This document shows positions 34,651-47,400 of a stretch of 64,000 nt of DNA, piece by piece. The DNA is from Nemertoderma westbladi (Eukaryota; Animalia; Xenacoelomorpha), in the NCBI GenBank assembly GCA_032718475.1, contig JAUCBJ010002315.1, positions 2,195-66,194 on the forward strand, in the 5' to 3' direction. A model generated the notes under the pieces. It made no database searches. It was not told the DNA's origin and saw nothing but the letters and a program-made list of their open reading frames with translations. Made by a program: the position numbers and the translations under genes. Within the stretch, counting starts at the first letter, position 1, and every line of letters starts with the position of its first letter.

Positions 34651-35452
34651 AATGCGGCTACAATGCAGCATTCCGATCGTATTAGTCGTCATGGTAAATA
34701 CTGGTTTAACTTACCGATTAAATTGTATCTTTTTATTGAGATAGGCTCAGGCTCTGCGGCTTCCACAAAATTAACTTTAATTTACTAATTTATCGTTTTT
34801 ATTAAAATTAATTAATTAGTGTAATTAATATATTGGTTAGATAAATATTCTCAATGCGTGTAATTAGAAACTCAATATTGTTTTACTTAAATCCGTATGG
34901 AGTAATTAATAAAGCAACGTACATTATTGGAGTGGAGTATATGAGTTATATAGATGGCTTACTCATATATGGACCATTGTTCTTATTTATAATTAATTGG
35001 AATAATTTGGCTGTGATTACGGCCTGTATATAGTCTTTACATATCCGTGTCTGTAAGACTAATGCCGCGATTACGATAGCATTGTTTTGCTTACAAGTCT
35101 ATCTGAAGGCACACACGAACCCTCAATCTAACGGCAGTATCTCCAAGTATTTAATTAATCTCTTACACAATGTTTGCTAAGGGGATATAAATCTGCCATG
35201 CTGTAATTAAACGTAATTTATGGATTGCACACGATACGTTTACTTTGCCTAAATAATTCTCAATTAATTAATACATCCTTTCAAGCAGCCGTCCAGTTTT
35301 GGCCCTCATATTAAATACATTATAAGGTTTATGTTCCTTTATTAAATATTCCTGGTTTATCAACATATCTGCTAATTAAAATAATGTAATGAATGACATT
35401 AAATATTGACAATATATCCCATATCAGCTTATCACTTTGTTAAGTGCAGTGC

Positions 35453-38400
35453 GGTACAGTGCTATAGTTTGGGTAGCAGCGGTACGTGTTTGGGTTACAG
35501 TGCTATAGTTTGGGTTACAGTGCTATAGTTTGGGTTACAGTGCTATAGTTTGGGTTACAGTGCTATAGTTTGGGTTACAGTGCTATAGTTTGGGTTACAG
35601 TGCTATAGTTTGGGTTACAGTGCTATAGTTTGGGTTACAGTGCTATAGTTTGGGTTACAGTGCTATAGTTTGGGTAGCAGCGGTACGTGTTTGGGTTACA
35701 GTGCTATAGTTTGGGTAGCAGCGGTACGTGTTTGGGTTACAGTGCTATAGTTTGGGTTGTAGTGGTGTGTGTTTGGGTTACAGTGCTATAGTTTGGGTTG
35801 TAGTGGTGTGTGTTTGGGTTACAGTGCTATAGTTTGGGTTACAGTGCTATAGTTTGGGTTACAGTGCTATAGTTTGGGTTACAGTGCTATAGTTTGGGTA
35901 GCAGCGGTACGTGTTTGGGTTACAGTGCTATAGTTTGGGTAGCAGCGGTACGTGTTTGGGTTACAGTGCTATAGTTTGGGTTGTAGTGGTGTGTGTTTGG
36001 GTTACAGTGCTATAGTTTGGGTTGTAGTGGTGTGTGTTTGGGTTACAGTGCTATAGTTTGGGTTACAGTGCTATAGTTTGGGTTACAGTGCTATAGTTTG
36101 GGTTGTAGTGGTGTGTGTTTGGGTTACAGTGCTATAGTTTGGGTTACAGTGGTGTGTGTTTGGGTTACAGTGCTATAGTTTGGGTTACAGTGCTATAGTT
36201 TGGGTTACAGTGCTATATGTTGGGTTACAGTGCTATAGTTTGGGTTACAGTGCTATAGTTTGGGTTACAGTGCTATAGTTTGGGTAGCAGCGGTACGTGT
36301 TTGGGTTACAGTGCTATAGTTTGGGTTACAGTGCTATAGTTTGGGTTACAGTGCTATAGTTTGGGTTACAGTGCTATAGTTTGGGTTACAGTGCTATAGT
36401 TTGGGTTACAGTGCTATAGTTTGGGTTACAGTGCTATAGTTTGGGTTACAGTGCTATAGTTTGGGTAGCAGCGGTACGTGTTTGGGTTACAGTGCTATAG
36501 TTTGGGTAGCAGCGGTACGTGTTTGGGTTACAGTGCTATAGTTTGGGTTGTAGTGGTGTGTGTTTGGGTTACAGTGCTATAGTTTGGGTTGTAGTGGTGT
36601 GTGTTTGGGTTACAGTGCTATAGTTTGGGTTACAGTGCTATAGTTTGGGTTACAGTGCTATAGTTTGGGTTACAGTGCTATAGTTTGGGTTGTAGTGGTG
36701 TGTGTTTGGGTTACAGTGCTATAGTTTGGGTTACAGTGGTGTGTGTTTGGGTTACAGTGCTATAGTTTGGGTTACAGTGCTATAGTTTGGGTTACAGTGC
36801 TATATGTTGGGTTACAGTGCTATAGTTTGGGTAGCAGCGGTACGTGTTTGGGTTACAGTGCTATAGTTTGGGTAGCAGCGGTACGTGTTTGGGTTACAGT
36901 GCTATAGTTTGGGTTACAGTGCTATAGTTTGGGTTACAGTGCTATAGTTTGGGTTACAGTGCTATAGTTTGGGTTACAGTGCTATAGTTTGGGTTACAGT
37001 ACTATAGTTTGGGTTACAGAGCTATAGTTTGGGTTACAGTGCTATAGTTTGGGTTGTAGTGGTGTGTGTTTGGGTTACAGTGCTATAGTTTGGGTTACAG
37101 TGCTATAGTTTGGGTAGCAGCGGTACGTGTTTGGGTTACAGTGCTATAGTTTGGGTTACAGTGCTATAGTTTGGGTTACAGTGCTATAGTTTGGGTTACA
37201 GTGCTATAGTTTGGGTTACAGTGCTATAGTTTGGGTTACAGTGCTATAGTTTGGGTTACAGTGCTATAGTTTGGGTTACAGTTCTATAGTTTGGGTTGTA
37301 GTGGTGTGTGTTTGGGTTACAGTGCTATAGTTTGGGTTACAGTGCTATAGTTTGGGTTACAGTGCTATAGTTTGGGTTACAGTGCTATAGTTTGGGTTAC
37401 AGTGCTATAGTTTGGGTAGCAGCGGTACGTGTTTGGGTTACAGTGCTATAGTTTGGGTTACAGTGCTATAGTTTGGGTTACAGTGCTATAGTTTGGGTTA
37501 CAGTGCTATAGTTTGGGTAGCAGCGGTACGTGTTTGGGTTACAGTGCTATAGTTTGGGTAGCAGCGGTACGTGTTTGGGTTACAGTGCTATAGTTTGGGT
37601 AGCAGCGGTACGTGTTTGGGTTACAGTGCTATAGTTTGGGTTACAGTGCTATAGTTTGGGTTACAGTGCTATAGTTTGGGTTACAGTGCTATAGTTTGGG
37701 TTACAGTGCTATAGTTTGGGTTACAGTGCTATAGTTTGGGTTACAGTGCTATAGTTTGGGTTACAGTGCTATAGTTTGGGTTACAGTGCTATAGTTTGGG
37801 TTACAGTGCTATAGTTTGGGTTACAGTGCTATAGTTTGGGTTACAGTGCTATAGTTTGGGTTGTAGTGGTGTGTCTTTGGGTTACAGTGCTATAGTTTGG
37901 GTTGTAGTGGTGTTTGTTTGGGTTACAGTGCTATAGTTTGGGTTACAGTGCTATAGTTTGGGTTACAGTTCTATAGTTTGGGTAGCAGCGGTACGTGTTT
38001 GGGTTACAGTGCTATAGTTTGGGTTACAGTGCTATAGTTTGGGTAGCAGCGGTACGTGTTTGGGTTACAGTGCTATAGTTTGGGTTACAGTGCTATAGTT
38101 TGGGTTACAGTGCTATAGTTTGGGTTGTAGTGGTGTGTGTTTGGGTTACAGTGCTATAGTTTGGGTTACAGTGCTGTAGTTTGGGTAGCAGCGGTACGTG
38201 TTTGGGTTACAGTGCTATAGTTTGGGTTACAGTGCTATAGTTTGGGTAGCAGCGGTACGTGTTTGGGTTACAGTGCTATAGTTTGGGTTACAGTGCTATA
38301 GTTTGGGTTACAGTGCTATAGTTTGGGTTGTAGTGGTGTGTGTTTGGGTTACAGTGCTATAGTTTGGGTTACAGTGCTATAGTTTGGGTTACAGTGCTAT

Positions 38401-41400
38401 AGTTTGGGTTACAGTGCTATAGTTTGGGTTGTAGTGGTGTGTCTTTGGGTTACAGTGCTATAGTTTGGGTTGTAGTGGTGTTTGTTTGGGTTACAGTGCT
38501 ATAGTTTGGGTTACAGTGCTATAGTTTGGGTTACAGTGCTATAGTTTGGGTTACAGTGCTATAGTTTGGGTTACAGTGCTATAGTTTGGGTTGTAGTGGT
38601 GTGTCTTTGGGTTACAGTGCTATAGTTTGGGTTGTAGTGGTGTTTGTTTGGGTTACAGTGCTATAGTTTGGGTTACAGTGCTATAGTTTGGGTTACAGTT
38701 CTATAGTTTGGGTAGCAGCGGTACGTGTTTGGGTTACAGTGCTATAGTTTGGGTTACAGTGCTATAGTTTGGGTAGCAGCGGTACGTGTTTGGGTTACAG
38801 TGCTATAGTTTGGGTTACAGTGCTATAGTTTGGGTTACAGTGCTATAGTTTGGGTTGTAGTGGTGTGTGTTTGGGTTACAGTGCTATAGTTTGGGTTACA
38901 GTGCTGTAGTTTGGGTAGCAGCGGTACGTGTTTGGGTTACAGTGCTATAGTTTGGGTTACAGTGCTATAGTTTGGGTAGCAGCGGTACGTGTTTGGGTTA
39001 CAGTGCTATAGTTTGGGTTACAGTGCTATAGTTTGGGTAGCAGCGGTACGTGTTTGGGTTACAGTGCTATAGTTTGGGTTACAGTGCTATAGTTTGGGTA
39101 GCAGCGGTACGTGTTTGGGTTACAGTGCTATAGTTTGGGTTACAGTGCTATAGTTTGGGTAGCAGCGGTACGTGTTTGGGTTACAGTGCTATAATTTGGG
39201 TTACAGTGCTATAATTTGGGTTACAGTGCTATAGTTTGGGTTGTAGTGGTGTGTGTTTGGGTTACAGTGCTATAGTTTGGGTAGCAGCGGTACGTGTTTG
39301 GGTTACAGTGCTATAGTTTGGGTTACAGTGCTATAGTTTGGGTAGCAGCGGTACGTGTTTGGGTTACAGTGCTATAGTTTGGGTTACAGTGCTATAGTTT
39401 GGGTAGCAGCGGTACGTGTTTGGGTTACAGTGCTATAGTTTGGGTTACAGTGCTATAGTTTGGGTAGCAGCGGTACGTGTTTGGGTTACAGTGCTATAGT
39501 TTGGGTTACAGTGCTATAGTTTGGGTAGCAGCGGTACGTGTTTGGGTTACAGTGCTATAGTTTGGGTTACAGTGCTATAGTTTGGGTAGCAGCGGTACGT
39601 GTTTGGGTTACAGTGCTATAGTTTGGGTTACAGTGCTATAGTTTGGGTAGCAGCGGTACGTGTTTGGGTTACAGTGCTATAGTTTGGGTTACAGTGCTAT
39701 AGTTTGGGTTACAGTGCTATAGTTTGGGTTACAGTGCTATAGTTTGGGTTACAGTGCTATAGTTTGGGTTACAGTGCTATAGTTTGGGTTACAGTGCTAT
39801 AGTTTGGGTAGCAGCGGTACGTGTTTGGGTTACAGTGCTATAGTTAGAGTAGCAGCGGTACGTGTTTGGGTTACAGTGCTATAGTTTGGGTTACAGTGCT
39901 ATAGTTTGGGTTACAGTGCTATAGTTTGGGTTACAGTGCTATAGTTTGGGTTACAGTGCTATAGTTTGGGTAGCAGCGGTACGTGTTTGGGTTACAGTGC
40001 TATAGTTTGGGTTACAGTGCTATAGTTTGGGTTACAGTGCTATAGTTTGGGTTACAGTGCTATAGTTTGGGTTACAGTGCTATAGTTTGGGTTACAGTGC
40101 TATAGTTTGGGTTACAGTGCTATAGTTTGGGTTACAGTGCTATAGTTTGGGTTACAGTGCTATAGTTTGGGTAGCAGCGGTACGTGTTTGGGTTACAGTG
40201 CTATAGTTTGGGTTACAGTGCTATAGTTTGGGTTACAGTGCTATAGTTTGGGTTACAGTGCTATAGTTTGGGTTACAGTGCTATAGTTTGGGTTACAGTG
40301 CTATAGTTTGGGTTACAGTGCTATAGTTTGGGTTACAGTGCTATAGTTTGGGTTACAGTGCTATAGTTTGGGTTACAGTGCTATAGTTTGGGTTACAGTG
40401 CTATAGTTTGGGTTACAGTGCTATAGTTTGGGTTACAGTGCTATAGTTTGGGTAGCAGCGGTACGTGTTTGGGTTACAGTGCTATAGTTTGGGTTACAGT
40501 GCTATAGTTTGGGTTACAGTGCTATAGTTTGGGTTACAGTGCTATAGTTTGGGTTACAGTGCTATAGTTTGGGTTACAGTGCTATAGTTTGGGTTACAGT
40601 GCTATAGTTTGGGTTACAGTGCTATAGTTTGGGTTACAGTGCTATAGTTTGGGTAGCAGCGGTACGTGTTTGGGTTACAGTGCTATAGTTTGGGTTGTAG
40701 TGGTGTGTGTTTGGGTTACAGTGCTATAGTTTGGGTTACAGTGCTATAGTTTGGGTAGCAGCGGTACGTGTTTGGGTTACAGTGCTATAGTTAGAGTAGC
40801 AGCGGTACGTGTTTGGGTTACAGTGCTATAGTTTGGGTTACAGTGCTATAGTTTGGGTAGCAGCGGTACGTGTTTGGGTTACAGTGCTATAGTTTGGGTT
40901 ACAGTGCTATAGTTTGGGTTGTAGTGGTGTGTGTTTGGAATACAGTGCTATAGTTTGGGTTACAGTGCTATAGTTTGGGTTACAGTGCTATAGTTTGGGT
41001 AGCAGCGGTACGTGTTTGGGTTACAGTGCTATAGTTTGGGTTACAGTGCTATAGTTTGGGTTGTAGTGGTGTGTGTTTGGGTTACAGTGCTATAGTTCGG
41101 GTTACAGTGCTATAGTTTGGGTTACAGTGCTATAGTTTGGGTAGCAGCGGTACGTGTTTGGGTTACAGTGCTATAGTTTGGGTTACAGTGCTATAGTTTG
41201 GGTTACAGTGCTATAGTTTGGGTAGCAGCGGTACGTGTATGGGATACAGTGCTATAGTTTGGGTTGTAGTGCTATAATTTGGGTTACAGTGCTATAGTTT
41301 GGGTTGTAGTGGTGTGTGTTTGGGTTACAGTGCTATAGTTTGGGTTGTAGTGGTGTGTGTTTGGGTTACAGTGCTATAGTTTGGGTTACAGTGCTATAGT

Positions 41401-44400
41401 TTGGGTTACAGTGCTATAGTTTGGGTTACAGTGCTATAGTTTGGGTTGTAGTGGTGTGTGTTTGGGTTACAGTGCTATAGTTTGGGTTACAGTGCTATAG
41501 TTTGGGTAGCAGCGGTACGTGTTTGGGTTACAGTGCTATAGTTTGGGTAGCAGCGGTACGTGTTTGGGTTACAGTGCTATAGTTTGGGTTACAGTGCTAT
41601 AGTTTGGGTTACAGTGCTATAGTTTGGGTTGTAGTGGTGTGTGTTTGGGTTACAGTGCTATAGTTTGGGTTACAGTGCTATAGTTTGGGTTACAGTGCTA
41701 TAGTTTGGGTTACAGTGCTATAGTTTGGGTAGCAGCGGTACGTGTTTGGGTTACAGTGCTATAGTTTGGGTTACAGTGCTATAGTTTGGGTTACAGTGCT
41801 ATAGTTTGGGTTGTAGTGGTGTGTGTTTGGGTTACAGTGCTATAGTTTGGGTTACAGTGCTATAGTTTGGGTTACAGTGCTATAGTTTGGGTTACAGTGC
41901 TATAGTTTGGGTTACAGTGCTATAGTTTGGGTTACAGTGCTATAGTTTGGGTAGCAGCGGTACGTGTTTGGGTTACAGTGCTATAGTTTGGGTTACAGTG
42001 CTATAGTTTGGGTTACAGTGCTATAGTTTGGGTTACAGTGCTATAGTTTGGGTTACAGTGCTATAGTTTGGGTAGCAGCGGTACGTGTTTGGGTTACAGT
42101 GCTATAGTTTGGGTTACAGTGCTATAGTTTGGGTTACAGTGCTATAGTTTGGGTTACAGTGCTATAGTTTGGGTTACAGTGCTATAGTTTGGGTTACAGT
42201 GCTATAGTTTGGGTTACAGTGCTATAGTTTGGGTTACAGTGCTATAGTTTGGGTTACAGTGCTATAGTTTGGGTTACAGTGCTATAGTTTGGGTTACAGT
42301 GCTATAGTTTGGGTTACAGTGCTATAGTTTGGGTTACAGTGCTATAGTTTGGGTTACAGTGCTATAGTTTGGGTTACAGTGCTATAGTTTGGGTTACAGT
42401 GCTATAGTTTGGGTTACAGTGCTATAGTTTGGGTTACAGTGCTATAGTTTGGGTTACAGTGCTATAGTTTGGGTTACAGTGCTATAGTTTGGGTTACAGT
42501 GCTATAGTTTGGGTTACAGTGCTATAGTTTGGGTTACAGTGCTATAGTTTGGGTTACAGTGCTATAGTTTGGGTTACAGTGCTATAGTTTGGGTAGCAGC
42601 GGTACGTGTTTGGGTTACAGTGCTATAGTTTGGGTTACAGTGCTATAGTTTGGGTTACAGTGCTATAGTTTGGGTTACAGTGCTATAGTTTGGGTTACAG
42701 TGCTATAGTTTGGGTAGCAGCGGTACGTGTTTGGGTTACAGTGCTATAGTTTGGGTTACAGTGCTATAGTTTGGGTTACAGTGCTATAGTTTGGGTTACA
42801 GTGCTATAGTTTGGGTTGTAGTGGTGTGTGTTTGGGTTACAGTGCTATAGTTTGGGTTACAGTGCTATAGTTTGGGTAGCAGCGGTACGTGTTTGGGTTA
42901 CAGTGCTATAGTTTGGGTTACAGTGCTATAGTTTGGGTTACAGTGCTATAGTTTGGGTTACAGTGCTATAGTTTGGGTTACAGTGCTATAGTTTGGGTTA
43001 CAGTGCTATAGTTTGGGTTACAGTGCTATAGTTTGGGTTACAGTGCTATAGTTTGGGTTACAGTGCTATAGTTTGGGTTGTAGTGGTGTGTGTTTGGAAT
43101 ACAGTGCTATAGTTTGGGTTGTAGTGGTGTGTGTTTGGGTTACAGTGCTATAGTTTGGGTTGTAGTGGTGTGTGTTTGGGTTACAGTGCTATAGTTTGGG
43201 TTACAGTGCTATAGTTTGGGTTGTAGTGGTGTGTGTTTGGGTTACAGTGCTATAGTTCGGGTTACAGTGCTATAGTTTGGGTTACAGTGCTATAGTTTGG
43301 GTTACAGTGCTATAGTTTGGGTTACAGTGCTATAGTTTGGGTTACAGTGCTATAGTTTGGGTTACAGTGCTATAGTTTGGGTTACAGTGCTATAGTTTGG
43401 GTTACAGTGCTATAGTTTGGGTTACAGTGCTATAGTTTGGGTTACAGTGCTATAGTTTGGGTTACAGTGCTGTAGTTTGGGTTACAGTGCTATAGTTTGG
43501 GTTGTAGTGGTGTGTGTTTGGGTTACAGTGCTATAGTTTGGGTTGTAGTGGTGTGTGTTTGGGTTACAGTGCTATAGTTTGGGTTACAGTGCTATAGTTT
43601 GGGTTACAGTGCTATAGTTTGGGTTACAGTGCTATAGTTTGGGTTACAGTGCTGTAGTTTGGGTTACAGTGCTATAGTTTGGGTTGTAGTGGTGTGTGTT
43701 TGGGTTACAGTGCTATAGTTTGGGTTGTAGTGGTGTGTGTTTGGGTTACAGTGCTATAGTTTGGGTAGTAGTGGTGTGTGTTTGGGTTACAGTGCTATAG
43801 TTTGGGTTACAGTGCTATAGTTTGGGTTACAGTGCTATAGTTTGGGTTGTAGTGGTGTGTGTTTGGGTTACAGTGCTATAGTTTGGGTTACAGTGCTATA
43901 GTTTGGGTTACAGTGCTATAGTTTGGGTTACAGTGCTGTAGTTTGGGTTACAGTGCTATAGTTTGGGTTGTAGTGGTGTGTGTTTGGGTTACAGTGCTAT
44001 AGTTTGGGTTGTAGTGGTGTGTGTTTGGGTTACAGTGCTATAGTTTGGGTTGTAGTGGTGTGTGTTTGGGTTACAGTGCTATAGTTTGGGTTACAGTGCT
44101 ATAGTTTGGGTTACAGTGCTATAGTTTGGGTTACAGTGCTATAGTTTGGGTTACAGTGCTGTAGTTTGGGTTACAGTGCTATAGTTTGGGTTGTAGTGGT
44201 GTGTGTTTGGGTTACAGTGCTATAGTTTGGGTTACAGTGCTATAGTTTGGGTAGCAGCGGTACGTGTTTGGGTTACAGTGCTATAGTTTGGGTTACAGTG
44301 CTATAGTTTGGGTTGTAGTGGTGTGTGTTTGGGTTACAGTGCTATAGTTTGGGTTACAGTGCTATAGTTTGGGTTGTAGTGGTGTGTCTTTGGGTTACAG

Positions 44401-47400
44401 TGCTATAGTTTGGGTTACAGTGCTATAGTTTGGGTTACAGTGCTGTAGTTTGGGTTACAGTGCTATAGTTTGGGTTGTAGTGGTGTGTGTTTGGGTTACA
44501 GTGCTATAGTTTGGGTTACAGTGCTATAGTTTGGGTTACAGTGCTGTAGTTTGGGTTACAGTGCTATAGTTTGGGTTACAGTGCTATAGTTTGGGTTACA
44601 GTGCTATAGTTTGGGTTACAGTGCTGTAGTTTGGGTTACAGTGCTATAGTTTGGGTTGTAGTGGTGTGTGTTTGGGTTACAGTGCTATAGTTTGGGTTAC
44701 AGTGCTATAGTTTGGGTAGCAGCGGTACGTGTTTGGGTTACAGTGCTATAGTTTGGGTTACAGTGCTATAGTTTGGGTTACAGTGCTGTAGTTTGGGTTA
44801 CAGTGCTATAGTTTGGGTTGTAGTGGTGTGTGTTTGGGTTACAGTGCTATAGTTTGGGTTACAGTGCTATATGTTGGGTTACAGTGCTATAGTTTGGGTT
44901 ACAGTGCTATAGTTTGGGTTGTAGTGGTGTGTGTTTGGGTTACAGTGCTATAGTTTGGGTTACAGTGCTATAGTTTGGGTTACAGTGCTATAGTTTGGGT
45001 TACAGTGCTGTAGTTTGGGTTACAGTGCTATAGTTTGGGTTGTAGTGGTGTGTGTTTGGGTTACAGTGCTATAGTTTGGGTTGTAGTGGTGTGTGTTTGG
45101 GTTACAGTGCTATAGTTTGGGTTGTAGTGGTGTGTGTTTGGGTTACAGTGCTATAGTTTGGGTTACAGTGCTATAGTTTGGGTTACAGTGCTATAGTTTG
45201 GGTTACAGTGCTATAGTTTGGGTTACAGTGCTATAGTTTGGGTTACAGTGCTATAGTTTGGGTTACAGTGCTATAGTTTGGGTAGCAGCGGTACGTGTTT
45301 GGGTTACAGTGCTATAGTTTGGGTAGCAGCGGTACGTGTTTGGGTTACAGTGCTATAGTTTGGGTTGTAGTGGTGTGTGTTTGGGTTACAGTGCTATAGT
45401 TTGGGTTACAGTGCTATAGTTTGGGTTACAGTGCTATAGTTTGGGTTACAGTGCTGTAGTTTGGGTTACAGTGCTATAGTTTGGGTTGTAGTGGTGTGTG
45501 TTTGGGTTACAGTGCTATAGTTTGGGTTACAGTGCTATAGTTTGGGTTACAGTGCTATAGTTTGGGTTACAGTGCTATAGTTTGGGTTACAGTGCTATAG
45601 TTTGGGTTACAGTGCTATAGTTTGGGTAGCAGCGGTACGTGTTTGGGTTACAGTGCTATAGTTTGGGTAGCAGCGGTACGTGTTTGGGTTACAGTGCTGT
45701 AGTTTGGGTTACAGTGCTATAGTTTGGGTTGTAGTGGTGTGTGTTTGGGTTACAGTGCTATAGTTTGGGTTACAGTGCTATAGTTTGGGTTACAGTGCTA
45801 TAGTTTGGGTTACAGTGCTGTAGTTTGGGTTACAGTGCTATAGTTTGGGTTGTAGTGGTGTGTGTTTGGGTTACAGTGCTATAGTTTGGGTTACAGTGCT
45901 ATAGTTTGGGTTACAGTGCTATAGTTTGGGTTACAGTGCTATAGTTTGGGTAGCAGCGGTACGTGTTTGGGTTACAGTGCTATAGTTTGGGTAGCAGCGG
46001 TACGTGTTTGGGTTACAGTGCTATAGTTTGGGTTACAGTGCTATAGTTTGGGTTACAGTGCTATAGTTTGGGTTACAGTGCTATAGTTTGGGTTGTAGTG
46101 GTGTGTGTTTGGGTTACAGTGCTATAGTTTGGGTTACAGTGCTATAGTTTGGGTTGTAGTGGTGTGTGTTTGGGTTACAGTGCTATAGTTTGGGTTGTAG
46201 TGGTGTGTGTTTGGGTTACAGTGCTATAGTTTGGGTTACAGTGCTATAGTTTGGGTTACAGTGCTATAGTTTGGGTTACAGTGCTATAGTTTGGGTTACA
46301 GTGCTATAGTTTGGGTTACAGTGCTATAGTTTGGGTAGCAGCGGTACGTGTTTGGGTTACAGTGCTATAGTTTGGGTAGCAGCGGTACGTGTTTGGGTTA
46401 CAGTGCTATAGTTTGGGTTACAGTGCTATAGTTTGGGTTACAGTGCTATAGTTTGGGTTACAGTGCTATAGTTTGGGTTGTAGTGGTGTGTGTTTGGGTT
46501 ACAGTGCTATAGTTTGGGTTGTAGTGGTGTGTGTTTGGGTTACAGTGCTATAGTTTGGGTTACAGTGCTATAGTTTGGGTTACAGTGCTATAGTTTGGGT
46601 TACAGTGCTATAGTTTGGGTTACAGTGCTATAGTTTGGGTTACAGTGCTATAGTTTGGGTTACAGTGCTATAGTTTGGGTTACAGTGCTATAGTTTGGGT
46701 AGCAGCGGTACGTGTTTGGGTTACAGTGCTATAGTTTGGGTAGCAGCGGTACGTGTTTGGGTTACAGTGCTGTAGTTTGGGTTACAGTGCTATAGTTTGG
46801 GTTGTAGTGGTGTGTGTTTGGGTTACAGTGCTATAGTTTGGGTTACAGTGCTATAGTTTGGGTTACAGTGCTATAGTTTGGGTTACAGTGCTGTAGTTTG
46901 GGTTACAGTGCTATAGTTTGGGTTGTAGTGGTGTGTGTTTGGGTTACAGTGCTATAGTTTGGGTTACAGTGCTATAGTTTGGGTTACAGTGCTATAGTTT
47001 GGGTTACAGTGCTATAGTTTGGGTAGCAGCGGTACGTGTTTGGGTTACAGTGCTATAGTTTGGGTAGCAGCGGTACGTGTTTGGGTTACAGTGCTATAGT
47101 TTGGGTTACAGTGCTATAGTTTGGGTTACAGTGCTATAGTTTGGGTTACAGTGCTATAGTTTGGGTTGTAGTGGTGTGTGTTTGGGTTACAGTGCTATAG
47201 TTTGGGTTACAGTGCTATAGTTTGGGTTGTAGTGGTGTGTGTTTGGGTTACAGTGCTATAGTTTGGGTTGTAGTGGTGTGTGTTTGGGTTACAGTGCTAT
47301 AGTTTGGGTTACAGTGCTATAGTTTGGGTTACAGTGCTATAGTTTGGGTTACAGTGCTATAGTTTGGGTTACAGTGCTATAGTTTGGGTTACAGTGCTAT

